A DNA stretch of 64,000 nucleotides. Source: Sedimentisphaerales bacterium. GTDB lineage: Bacteria > Planctomycetota > Phycisphaerae > Sedimentisphaerales > SM23-30. The notes under the pieces are model-generated. The model ran no database searches, had not been told where the DNA came from, and saw only the letters and a list, made by a program, of their open reading frames with translations. A program made the position numbers and the translations under genes. The stretch spans positions 64,001-128,000 of the forward strand of contig CAXXFK010000030.1 of NCBI GenBank assembly GCA_963663965.2, written 5' to 3'. Below, one piece after another: positions 31,555 through 41,315 of the stretch (the stretch's first letter is position 1; each line of letters starts with the position of its first letter).

Positions 31555-32304
31555 TCAATCACAGGGATAAGTCAACCATTTTGAGGATAAGATGGAAAAG
31601 TCGATCATATTCACTGAATCATCATGATTCAAGTCTGCCGTCAGTAATAGTTGATCAGGTGTTTTAAGCCACTGCTGAACCATTTCATTTAAATCGAGTA
31701 AATCGATATGACAATCGCCATTGATATCAGCCGGTTCAGGGACGAACTCCATGCCGATCTGCATAAAAATCCCATCTTCACTATAATCGAAATAATTGGC
31801 AGTGAAGGAAATCGTCTCAAATGATCCCTCCAGTTGTATTGTTCCATTTGTGTCATATCCTTTCGGATTGTCTCTTAATATCCCAGATACTATATTGTCC
31901 GCAACTAAAAAATCCGGATCACCACTCAGGCGAATAATATTGGAAGTTGAAAAAGTCAAGCCTGAAGCGAGAGAGTAGAAATGGAACACAGGATTTTTTA
32001 CCGGGGCAGAAAATGTCAGGACATAGTTATAGGTATATGGTGCCCCGCGAAAACTCACTAAATCTGTGTTCGCTATTGGAGGGGTAAATAATGACATACT
32101 GAATCCAGTAAAACTATCATCTGTCACGCCATAGTCAATATTATATCCAGAGAAGCTGACTGCAATACCACCCAGATTGCCAGAGGCCATGTCATTTACC
32201 GTATCAACCACAGTCCAGTCAGTAAAGGTAATCGTTGATGCCTGCGCCAGCAAACATATTGTCCCTAGAAGGGCAATGCACAGATAAATGGTTATGTTTT
32301 TCAT
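31555..32304 (-). CDS. secreted protein with C-terminal dockerin-like (EF-hand pair) domain
   Basis: Signal peptide; ADINGDCHIDLLDL...W / ADLNHDDSVNMIDF...W duplicated Ca-binding loops. Confidence 0.8.
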   Translation of the reverse strand: MKNITIYLCIALLGTICLLAQASTITFTDWTVVDTVNDMASGNLGGIAVSFSGYNIDYGVTDDSFTGFSMSLFTPPIANTDLVSFRGAPYTYNYVLTFSAPVKNPVFHFYSLASGLTFSTSNIIRLSGDPDFLVADNIVSGILRDNPKGYDTNGTIQLEGSFETISFTANYFDYSEDGIFMQIGMEFVPEPADINGDCHIDLLDLNEMVQQWLKTPDQLLLTADLNHDDSVNMIDFSILSSKWLTYPCD

Positions 32305-32449
32305 ATCTTATTCCTTTGTCAGTAATCGGTTATCGATAAACTCAGGGCATTTTACTACAACAATATTGTCCGATTCATCTACCACTTCAATTAAGAATGA
32401 TAACATATTATTGGGAAAACTTCTAAAAGAATCTAGTATCTTATCAGGC

Positions 32450-32554
32450 ACCATCACCTTGCCATACGATATTAATTATATCAATGAGGTCAAGGTAGTT
32501 AAGCGGGAGGAGGATGGAATGTCTGGAGCGGAAAAGAATAAAGATTTACCATAA
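32450..32554 (+). pseudogene. 3-prime remnant of YceK/YidQ-like lipoprotein gene
   Basis: Encodes TITLPYDINYINEVK...MSGAEKNKDLP, collinear with 33951-34055 (TITLPYDLYHIKDVK...MPGAEKNEKSP). Confidence 0.75.
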
Positions 32555-32559
32555 AGGGG

Positions 32560-33669
32560 GTGAAGAAATGGGTTGAACCACCGAGAATACCGAGGGCGCC
32601 GAGGGAAGGGCCGAAGGGTTTTAAGCGGCTTTTGGGCAGGATGGATGGATGCGAGGCAAGGGCAATGCGAACTGAAAATATAACAGCCGAATTTAACCAC
32701 GAAGCGCCTGCGGCTACACGAAGAGCGCCTGCGGCGCTACACGAAGGGCCAGTGGCCTGGTGGATGGATGAAATTTTTTGGCGAGAGTCTTGGGAAAAGC
32801 CGGCGGCGTTGGTGGATGGCGGCAGTGCCGCAGCCAGATTTGGCGATATTGTCGAGCGGTACGAATATAATGCGTATGGCAAGACGGCGATCTATACGGG
32901 GGCCGGGGTGGATGGGGACTGGTTTACCGGGGATGATGTGGCGGCGGAGGAGTCGGCGGTGGGCAATGCGGTTGGTTTTACGGGGCGGACATTAGACAGG
33001 CACCACCTGGCTGATTCGCTGGATGATGGGGCGTTGGCGATGATGGATTACCGGCATCGGATGTATGGGCCGGGGATTGGGCGGTTTGGGCAGCGGGATC
33101 CGTTGGAATATATCTCAACAAATACTTATTTTTTATTTGCCGCAAGATCAATTTATAGTGATACACATGATGACATTCTTTTAAATATATTAGATGATTA
33201 TTCTATTTTATTATTGAAATTTTCTATATTTGGATATTATAGCGATGGGTTGAATCCTTATGAATATGTCAAAGGGAAATCTACGACACAGATGGATCCC
33301 AGTGGATTAGTTTGTGGAGATGCCGCTACAGATTGGATCGTCCCAGATAAGCCTTTATGGGTAGTAGATTTTTCAAAAGCATGTGAAGAACATGATTCAT
33401 GCTATTGGGGATTTCCTCTTTACGCAAATACAAGATTCAATAATTATTGTCATTTGACAAAGGAAGATTGTGATTTAAATTTCTTAGATGATATGAGAGA
33501 AAATTGTCATGATCAGATTAGTGGCTTTCTTCAGGATTTTAGAATGTGGCTTTGTCATAAATTGGCAGGGATTTATTATGGAGCTGTAGATAAAGCAAAA
33601 CGTGCTAAAACAGGTTTTGCAAATTCGAGGATAAACAATTGTGGAGAATGTGAGTTCAAGTGGGAGTAG
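32560..33669 (+). CDS. orphan Rhs core fragment with C-terminal phospholipase A2-like toxin domain (true Rhs sequence starts near 32800)
   Basis: VERYEYNAYG, GN..GFTGR, YRHRMY.P.IGRF.QRDP, NPYEYV, DPSGL; C-terminus DFSKACEEHDSCY...CD..F...M...C...C...A..YYGAV. Confidence 0.85.
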   Translation: MKKWVEPPRIPRAPREGPKGFKRLLGRMDGCEARAMRTENITAEFNHEAPAATRRAPAALHEGPVAWWMDEIFWRESWEKPAALVDGGSAAARFGDIVERYEYNAYGKTAIYTGAGVDGDWFTGDDVAAEESAVGNAVGFTGRTLDRHHLADSLDDGALAMMDYRHRMYGPGIGRFGQRDPLEYISTNTYFLFAARSIYSDTHDDILLNILDDYSILLLKFSIFGYYSDGLNPYEYVKGKSTTQMDPSGLVCGDAATDWIVPDKPLWVVDFSKACEEHDSCYWGFPLYANTRFNNYCHLTKEDCDLNFLDDMRENCHDQISGFLQDFRMWLCHKLAGIYYGAVDKAKRAKTGFANSRINNCGECEFKWE

Positions 33670-33713
33670 CATATCGATTAGACTAGGATTGCATGATTAT
33701 AGAAAGGAACAAT

Positions 33714-34055
33714 ATGAAAAATGTGGTGATATTATTTTGGCTATTGTTAATAGCCGGTTGTGCCGCAAATGCCAAATATGATAGCGGGTATCGGTATCCA
33801 TATGCTGCGACCGGGACCGATTTTCACATGATTGGCTTATCAATCTCGGGAAAGCCTGATGACGCGGAACCGGACGCGTTTGATTTTTTGTATGACCCGG
33901 TTTATATTCCTTTGTATATTCTGGATGTTCCGGTTTCTCTGGTATTTGATACCATTACTTTGCCATATGATCTTTATCATATTAAAGATGTTAAGAAGGG
34001 TGAGAGGGTGGCGGATGAAATGCCTGGAGCGGAAAAGAATGAAAAATCACCTTGA
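33714..34055 (+). CDS. YceK/YidQ-family lipoprotein, candidate immunity protein
   Basis: Lipobox IAGC; Y.AT..D and LDVPVSLVFDTITLPYD motifs; directly after toxin. Confidence 0.75.
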   Translation: MKNVVILFWLLLIAGCAANAKYDSGYRYPYAATGTDFHMIGLSISGKPDDAEPDAFDFLYDPVYIPLYILDVPVSLVFDTITLPYDLYHIKDVKKGERVADEMPGAEKNEKSP

Positions 34056-34648
34056 GTTCATGAAGGGCCCAAGATACCGTGGACAGTTACCGTATAATTG
34101 ATGCGAAGGCATGGGTGAGGCCCGACGGGCCGCGAGTTTTTAGTCGTGGCCGTGAGGCCTCGGGAAAGATGGGCGAATGGTAACAGAGCCCCGATGGGGT
34201 GAAAAGGAAATTGTTAAAGATGGATGACTTGATTAAAATATTCTGTCGGCCCCGCCATAGGCGGATCTGCGACCTTTGGGCCTTGGGAGTACCATCGACC
34301 CGCATTCCGGAACCTGACGGTCCCGGCTAGACACTGGCGGCCCGTTGGGCCTCAGGTGTGCGATGTGAGATTATCAGAAGCGATGTGTTATTTTCCTATG
34401 TCTGGTCATAAGAGCTTTAAAATAGGATATTGCCGAATAAAAACACGCTGAAGCGTGAACTCCGTACGGTTGCTGGTGATTTTTGTTTTTAATGGAGATT
34501 GTGTCATGATGGGGAATGATACGTCAGGCACCCACAAGCTTCGCTTTGCTGCGCTTGAAGGTACCCGGGATGGGATGTCGAGGGCACCCGGCGGGATTGG
34601 ATGTAGTGGAAATCCCGGATGCCAATTCCGGTTATGGAGATAAAAGCG

Positions 34649-35329
34649 ATGCGTTATTTAATGTTTGTATTTATGGCTTTGGGTATGAGTGGTTGTTGTC
34701 TGCCGGGTTTATATTACACCGATACGCTCCATGGCGCGGCCCGTTGTAATAATGTCAAGGCGATTGCCAAATTGTTGAGCGAAGGGCATGCGGTCGATGA
34801 GAGTCTTTCCAGATATAAGACGAGTCCGTTGTTTCATGCGGTGTCTTATGGCAGCTATGACGCTGCCGTTTATTTGATCGAGCAGGGCGCGGATGTGAAT
34901 TATCTAAACGATCATGGACAAACCCCGGCTTTCGATTTACATTATAGTTGGAATGGGATCAAGCTGGCACGGGCGTTGAAGGATGGCGGGGCCGATTTTA
35001 GTATCGTTGATCAATATGGCCGTACAGCCTTGAGAAACAATGTGGCTTTCGAATGGAAAAGCGGGCCCCGATCTTATCGCGCGGCGGAAGGTTTATTGAA
35101 GGCCGGGGCCGATCCCAATGCTAAAACCTGGGACAAGGAATGGCCCGAATTGATGTACGCGGCGAGTGATGGGGATACCCGGCTGGTGAAGTTGTTGCTG
35201 AAATATGGAGCGGATCCGTGTTGGCGGGATCTGAATGATCGAACTGCCCTGGATCTGGCCCGGGAGGAGAAGGCTTGGAGGGTGGTAAACCTATTGGAAA
35301 AATATGATTGTGAAAATGGATCGAAGTGA
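34649..35329 (+). CDS. ankyrin-repeat lipoprotein
   Basis: Lipobox MSGC; LH.AA, LIEQGADVN, LLKAGADPN, LLKYGADP, TALDLA repeats. Confidence 0.88.
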   Translation: MRYLMFVFMALGMSGCCLPGLYYTDTLHGAARCNNVKAIAKLLSEGHAVDESLSRYKTSPLFHAVSYGSYDAAVYLIEQGADVNYLNDHGQTPAFDLHYSWNGIKLARALKDGGADFSIVDQYGRTALRNNVAFEWKSGPRSYRAAEGLLKAGADPNAKTWDKEWPELMYAASDGDTRLVKLLLKYGADPCWRDLNDRTALDLAREEKAWRVVNLLEKYDCENGSK

Positions 35330-35572
35330 GATTGTGACAGGATGGACAGGCTATAAGATCAAGGAGATACGATTTGAGATTTGATAAGAGATCACTGGAG
35401 GGGTATGGGCGGTTTACGAACCGGCCGTACGTTTAGATGGGATCTGGCGGGTGGTTAGATGGTCTTAGGGATCAGGAAGAACAAATTGTGTCGTGAAGGG
35501 CATCACGAAGCCAGAGGGTTGTGTGTGTTCCGGGTTGTAAAGAGTGTCCTGCCTGGGCCAGCGGGATCTGGA

Positions 35573-36127
35573 TCAGTAGAGATGGCCGCTGTTCCGGGCG
35601 TAGTCGTTGAGGACCTGGCGGGCCTGGGGGCGGAGGATGTCACGGATGACCTCGATCTGGCGGGTTTGATATTTTTCGACCCAGTTGTCGGGCTTGTCGC
35701 CTTCGTCGAATCCGATGGCGCGGGCGTCGGAATCGCGGGCGCAGCAGACCAGGGAATCGATATGGCACCAGGGGATGGCGCCCATGCACATGGCGCAGGG
35801 TTCGCAGGAGCTGACCAGCTGGTAAGGGGAGTGGCCGGAGAGCCGGTAGGTTTCGAGCGTTTGGTGGGCTAGCATGATAGCGACGATTTCGGCGTGGGCG
35901 ATACTGCAATTGAGGGGGACGACCAGGTTGGCGCCGGCGGTGAGCAGGGCGCCGGTATCGCGATTGAAGATGGCGGCGGCAAAGGGGCCGCCAGTGTTGT
36001 ATTCAACGTTGAGCCGGGAGAGCTGGATAACCAGTTCGGCGCGGCTTTCGACGGTTTGGTAAGCCGGTTGGGGTGGCTGGGAGTTGATTTGGGCCAGCCA
36101 GTTGGGGAGTTCAAGTTCGATTTTCAT
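35573..36127 (-). CDS. nucleoside/guanine deaminase (CDA-like zinc deaminase)
   Basis: GGPFAA, AHAE, SCEPCAMC, IGFDEG; upstream TCGACT-17-TATAAT promoter-like sequence. Confidence 0.9.
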   Translation of the reverse strand: MKIELELPNWLAQINSQPPQPAYQTVESRAELVIQLSRLNVEYNTGGPFAAAIFNRDTGALLTAGANLVVPLNCSIAHAEIVAIMLAHQTLETYRLSGHSPYQLVSSCEPCAMCMGAIPWCHIDSLVCCARDSDARAIGFDEGDKPDNWVEKYQTRQIEVIRDILRPQARQVLNDYARNSGHLY

Positions 36128-36306
36128 AGTAATATCCTTGAGTATGGCTGGATTATAGTGGATGATAGGAGAGGAGTCGATGGCTTTTTATTGGGGATTG
36201 GATTTATAGGGTGTTGCAGGCCTGTTGTAAAGAGAGGTTAGTCAGTATCGCATTTTATTGGCGCAATGGTAATGGCATTATCTTATGGAAGGAGCTGTAT
36301 GGCGAT

Positions 36307-36912
36307 ATGAAAAGAAAAGCAGACATGAAGGAAATGGCGGATGGTCAATCGGCGGAGGTGTGGGGTGAGGTGCTGGCTATTGAGGGAAGCTGGGAGGATC
36401 TGGCGATGGTTGAGTTGGAACGGAAGAAGTTGCGCCTGATCGCGCGGAGTCGTGGCGGGACGGTGTTGTTTGTGGGGCCGGAGGTTGCGGCTAAAACGCT
36501 GGCGGCGGGGCTGCTGGCGAAGAGACAGAGCCGAATCCTTTTGCGGGTGGATCTGGGCCGAGTGGTCAGACAGTATATTGGAGAGACAGAAAAGCAGATC
36601 GATCAACTTTTCAGTCAGGCTGAGAAGGCGGGCTGGGTTTTGCTGTTTGATGAGGCGGATGCTTTGTTTGGGAAACGGACGGATGTGAATGATGGGCATG
36701 ATCGTTATGCCAACCAGGAGGTGGGTTATCTGCTGGGCAGGCTGGAGCCATATCGTGGGCTGGCTATTATGACTTCGAATTGCCGGCATGAGAGTGAGGT
36801 GGACTGGCCGGTTCATTTTAATTATGTGGTTCGATTTGAGGGTAAGGCGGAGGAGAAGACAATCAGCCGCCGGGGGCTCAGGGCGGTCAAGCCGCAGGCA
36901 AAGAAGAAATAA
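36307..36912 (+). CDS. single-domain AAA ATPase fragment with degenerate Walker A
   Basis: YIGETEK, LLFDEADALFGKR, DRYANQEVGYLL; Walker A reads GPEVAAKT. Confidence 0.75.
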   Translation: MKRKADMKEMADGQSAEVWGEVLAIEGSWEDLAMVELERKKLRLIARSRGGTVLFVGPEVAAKTLAAGLLAKRQSRILLRVDLGRVVRQYIGETEKQIDQLFSQAEKAGWVLLFDEADALFGKRTDVNDGHDRYANQEVGYLLGRLEPYRGLAIMTSNCRHESEVDWPVHFNYVVRFEGKAEEKTISRRGLRAVKPQAKKK

Positions 36913-36989
36913 ATCACAGATGGGCGCGAAGCCAGGAAGGGGGAACAGTCGAAACACGAATTTATGTGAAGAGGCACTCATAATCGATT

Positions 36990-37758
36990 TAACCCGTTAT
37001 TTTAAAAGTTGTTATGGTTATAATTTTGCTGGTTGGGTTTGTTTAGTTTTGGGGATTTTTAAACGCCCTGTGCGGTTGTGAGGCAAACAAATAAAACGGC
37101 CTTGATTACCATGGAGTTCATAGAAGTTCATGGAGAGAACAGCCTTAAAAATTTAAAGGATTAAATGGTTAAACGGCCGGGTTTCACACTAAGGCGCAAA
37201 GATACCAAGAAAAACAGCTGAACTATGAATTCATAGTAAAACTGGTAAATTATACTGATGGAAAACCGGGAATATGATCTTAATATATTATAAAAAAAGA
37301 AGTTAGAACCACGAAGCGCCTTCGGCTACACGAAGCGCGCCTGCGGCGCTACACGAAGGGGGGGACGGTCGAACTACGAATCCCGATGAATCGGGACGAA
37401 TGGGCACTTAAAATTATCATATAATTCATTATTATGAATGTGTTTATGGCTGTAATTTTTTTAATTGGGTTCGTTTGGGATTGGGGTGCGGTTGGGGGGC
37501 TGGTATGGGGTTAAATTCAGGAATTGGGCGGCCCTGATGGCTTCATATTGTAGTGAGAAAAAGATTAGGAATCGAAAAGGCGAATAGACGAAAAGAAACA
37601 GCCGGGGAGTATGTCGTTGTTCCGGTGCGTTTTGATATTTTGTTGTCAAAGAGCGATTTCAGGCTGGGTAAGCATATAAATACGTCGGTTAAGCAGGATT
37701 CCGTACTGGGGGTGGTTACCGATTGTGATATTATAGCATGATGTTGTATGAACGTCAA
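36990..37758 (-). other. non-coding composite element B, homolog of element A
   Basis: Promoter, boxA-like GCTCTTTGACAA, GAAAAGGCGAATAG, two bipartite motifs and AACCACGAAGCGCCTTCGGC repeat, in same order as A. Confidence 0.7.
37730..37758 (-). promoter_or_regulatory. sigma70-type promoter
   Basis: TTGACG-17 bp-TATAAT with extended TG on minus strand. Confidence 0.8.
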
Positions 37759-38462
37759 ATATATTATCTGTTTTTGTATAATAAAAACTATGGAAAGGTT
37801 CAATAAATTGGTCAGCCGCTGATACGGGGATACCGGGGGGAAAAATTGTCCGCAGATGGCGCAGATTTGCGCAGATGGGCTGCGATCTTGGGCGCGACAG
37901 GATGGAGGGGAATAAGAAATTGATTTCACCACAGAGAGGGCTCAGAGGACGCAGAGAAAAGGCAGAAGGAATTTAAGCGGGGGCCAGGCTATTGGAAAAG
38001 GGGATGGTTTGCGGTTGCAATTGGGGGTGGGGGGCGGTAGAGTGATAGGGTGTTCCATGAGAACTGTTTTGAGGATACCCATCGGGTATGAAAATATCCG
38101 GGCGCTCGCATGAATAAAGACGCGAAGCATCGCGTCTCTACCAGAGGGCGTTATTAATTATTGATGGTATAACTATGGAAAGAGTTTTGTCTGGTGATAG
38201 TTTGGGACGGAATGGTCTGGTAGGACGGGATTGCCTGTTGACTCATGAGAAATATTGTTCGGAATTGATTTGCGGGTCAATTTGATTGAAATAGAAGGGA
38301 GACATAGAACTGATGGAGGTTTATACGCTATGATTCACCCCGATACTGTGCTTGAAGGTAGTATCTTGCTTGATGAAAATGAATGACGATATGGAAGGGA
38401 CATTGATTTGATCGGCATGGGTAACGGGGGTTATGCTAAACGACTAACAAAGGAAGCATTCC

Positions 38463-39581
38463 ATGGAAGCTATTCATTACTTTATCGGCATCGCGATTCT
38501 TTCAACCGTATGGGCTATCATTTATAAGCGACTGGTTCAGAGTAAGCCGGTGAAGAAGGATAAAACTTTTGACGGGCCGTCCAGCGCACTGGGGCAAACG
38601 GTGGTGGCGCCGAGTCTGGCGAGTGAACTGCCAGCCGGGAAAAATGTGGTGTGGTGTTCTTCTTTTCAACTGGCCTGGAACGCTTTAAAAGATGACATAC
38701 TCAAGGAACCGGTGGAGTTGATTAAGCATCGGGAACTGGCCGAGTTGTTGAGCCGGTCCGGCCCTTCGGAAAAGGATATTGCCCCGGGCGATTATTACGC
38801 CAATGCCGGCCTAGTGATGGATGACATTGTCCAGACCATCCAGGACGATATGCGGAAAAAGTTTCCCGAGGAGCCGGTTCCGAAATTTGGCGATATTGGC
38901 CCTGAGACGGCACTGGTTTTGTATTCGTTTTTATCCGCCAATGTGCCCTTCGAGATACCCTATTTTGAAAACGACCAGAAGCTGGTTTTTGTGGATAGCT
39001 CCGGCCGGGAAACGCCCGTTCATTCCTTTGGCATTCGGCAAAAGGACCAATACGCTTATCATGAATTACGAGAGCAATTGGAAATCTTGTTCAGAGAATA
39101 TGATAAGAGACATAATCTGAAAGAGTGTGCGATTGACCTTTGTAAACAAGCGAGCCCCAACCAGATTATCATTGCCATGGTGGAGCCCAAGGCGACTTTG
39201 GCCGAGACGGTTACTTATGTTGACGAAAAAGCCAGTCAAAAAGTTGAAGATGAGTATGCGAGCCGTTTCAGAACTAATGATACCCTGCTGGTTCCCAATC
39301 TGTCCTGGAGAATCGTTCATGATTATGCTGAACTGGAAGGCGATAGCTTGGCAAACGACGCATTCAAAGGATACCCTATCGAAAAAGTCCAACAGGCCAT
39401 CCAGTTTCGCCTGGACCGCAGCGGAGCGGAATTGAAATCGGAAACGAAAATATGCTGTGGATCAATGTACACTGATTTTGTCTTTGACCGGCCGTTTATG
39501 ATCTATATGAAAAAGCGGGGCGCGGAGTATCCTTATTTTGTGATGTGGATCGATAACGCTGAATTGTTGGAACAATACTAA
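38463..39581 (+). CDS. serpin-like hypothetical protein, paralog 1 (N-terminal TM)
   Basis: C-terminal QFRLDRSGAE...FVFDRPFMIYM resembles the serpin hinge and F..DRPF signature. Confidence 0.55.
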   Translation: MEAIHYFIGIAILSTVWAIIYKRLVQSKPVKKDKTFDGPSSALGQTVVAPSLASELPAGKNVVWCSSFQLAWNALKDDILKEPVELIKHRELAELLSRSGPSEKDIAPGDYYANAGLVMDDIVQTIQDDMRKKFPEEPVPKFGDIGPETALVLYSFLSANVPFEIPYFENDQKLVFVDSSGRETPVHSFGIRQKDQYAYHELREQLEILFREYDKRHNLKECAIDLCKQASPNQIIIAMVEPKATLAETVTYVDEKASQKVEDEYASRFRTNDTLLVPNLSWRIVHDYAELEGDSLANDAFKGYPIEKVQQAIQFRLDRSGAELKSETKICCGSMYTDFVFDRPFMIYMKKRGAEYPYFVMWIDNAELLEQY

Positions 39582-39867
39582 GGCGGGCGAGCCGCGTTAA
39601 GAAATCAATAACTCACACAAGCCACTAAGACACGAAGATAAACAGCCATTTAGACAGGATCACAGGATCAACAGGATGGATCATGAAGAAGTGATGGTGG
39701 TTAATGATGCAGTGATACACCGGCAAACTTTGATTGTTCGGCGCCACCTGGATCCATCCTAGCTATGTCCGGGTTATGGAGCTGGAGTAAAGGCCTATTT
39801 TGAACCGCAGATCCCGATCAATCGGGACAGATGAACGCAGATAAAGCAAAGGGATAAGAGGAAAACG
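38546..39867 (+). repeat. about 1.3-kb segmental duplication (copy 2 at 45588-46913)
   Basis: Collinear coding sequence plus about 290 bp of downstream non-coding DNA. Confidence 0.92.
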
Positions 39868-40011
39868 CAGTAATAAAACAAGAAGGCAGGAAGTTATGAT
39901 TTTAAGAAGATAATATGATGGTTCAGACAAAAGCACGAAGGCGTACAGAAAGGCAGAATTTTGACAGGATGAAAGACGACATGGGTAATGTGACTGGCCG
40001 AAAGGATTCCT

Positions 40012-40347
40012 ATGCAATTTCGGAAGAAAGATAATTTTTATGTCGTAACATATATTACAGGCCCTACTCATAACTATCTTGCATTAGAATTTTCAAAGGA
40101 TATTTATAATGACAAGGTATCAGTGGTAAAACTTGGAGAGAAAGACTCTTTAATTATCGAAACAAAACTTTTAGATACTGTGAAATCGGGCGTAAATGAG
40201 GCTAATAAAGATTTTAATGCAGATTTTAGAATACAAACCATACAGTATGTAAGCGATGATACACCTAAGTATGATATATATAAACAATTAGCATATTCAA
40301 TAATTGAAAGAATTATTACACAAGATGAGTATGATGCCATTATCTAA
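40012..40347 (+). CDS. AT-rich hypothetical protein
   Basis: 111-aa ORF, AAGGA RBS, low GC. Confidence 0.65.
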   Translation: MQFRKKDNFYVVTYITGPTHNYLALEFSKDIYNDKVSVVKLGEKDSLIIETKLLDTVKSGVNEANKDFNADFRIQTIQYVSDDTPKYDIYKQLAYSIIERIITQDEYDAII

Positions 40348-40473
40348 TCGATTATATTGTCCTTTGTGGGTGTTAAAATGTGGTGAGGTTCAGGTTGGCA
40401 ATCACGGGCAGGATGCCCGTGCTACGTGATTACGTGATTTGCTTACAAAACCCAAATGGCACAATGAATTTTT

Positions 40474-40704
40474 ATGCAGAACAATAATAGTAAACACACG
40501 CGGGTCTATGCAATCGTTCGATGGGATTTTTATCGGGACGATCTAAGCCATCTGACATTTGACATACTAAAAACGCGGGTAACAATAAAAAAGATTGTCT
40601 TGACACAAGAAAAAGCAGAAAATGAAACTCAAAGACTGAACGAGATTAATGCTGATAAGGGGTGTATTTATTATTATCTGATTACCAGAATGGATGATAA
40701 ATAA
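40474..40704 (+). CDS. AT-rich hypothetical protein
   Basis: 76-aa ORF, low GC. Confidence 0.55.
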   Translation: MQNNNSKHTRVYAIVRWDFYRDDLSHLTFDILKTRVTIKKIVLTQEKAENETQRLNEINADKGCIYYYLITRMDDK

Positions 40705-40849
40705 TTATGGGGCTGTTCTTTCGGCCCTTCGGGCCTTATGGTGATATCGTGTCGGAGTCCGGGCCCTGACGGGCCCGGCTAGTGACTGGCAGCCCTTCGG
40801 GCTTCAGAGGGGGGATGAGGGGGATTGATTTGGGACGGAGAGGTGGCTT

Positions 40850-41237
40850 GCGATGGGGGATTAAAAAAGAATGGAATGGCGGGGAAAGGATGGGTACGGA
40901 CCTGTATGGACGGGCACGGACCTGCACGAAAGGGGGAGCGAATAGCCTTGTGATTGAGGGGAAATAAGAAATTGATTGCACCACCGAGGGCACCGAGGAC
41001 GCAGAGGAAAGGCAGGAGGATTTTATGTGGGGATGACAGGATGTGGAGAATGAGATTTGTTGTAAAATGATTGAGGGGGAAATGGTCCGCGGATGGCGTG
41101 GATCTTTGTAGATAAAGATGAAAAAGGAAGGCTCCGAATTTTGCTGGAGGGAGAGGGATGACGATGTGGAAGGGAAATTTGAGCGATTGGCCCGCCTGGG
41201 GCGGACCTGCGGCATGGGCAAACAAGTTTGCTTATGC
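40850..41237 (+). repeat. composite intergenic linker repeat (other copies about 37905-37985, 44020-44270, 47680-47944)
   Basis: Shared GAAATAAGAAATTGATT.CACCAC.GAGGGCAC.GAGGACGCAGAG.AAAGGCAG core and flanks. Confidence 0.88.
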
Positions 41238-41315
41238 TGATGCGTAACTTATATCACGGCCCAGTGGGCATTTTTAGTTGTAAGCAGTAGATTATTAATT
41301 GTTAATGGAATAGAA

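Noticed and set aside
32560..32790. N-terminal ~75 aa of the Rhs ORF as real protein
   Set aside because: It is translated intergenic repeat sequence also present at 29599 and 37307.
29968..37654. rRNA operon leader implied by boxA-like sequences
   Set aside because: No rRNA or tRNA sequence follows either promoter.
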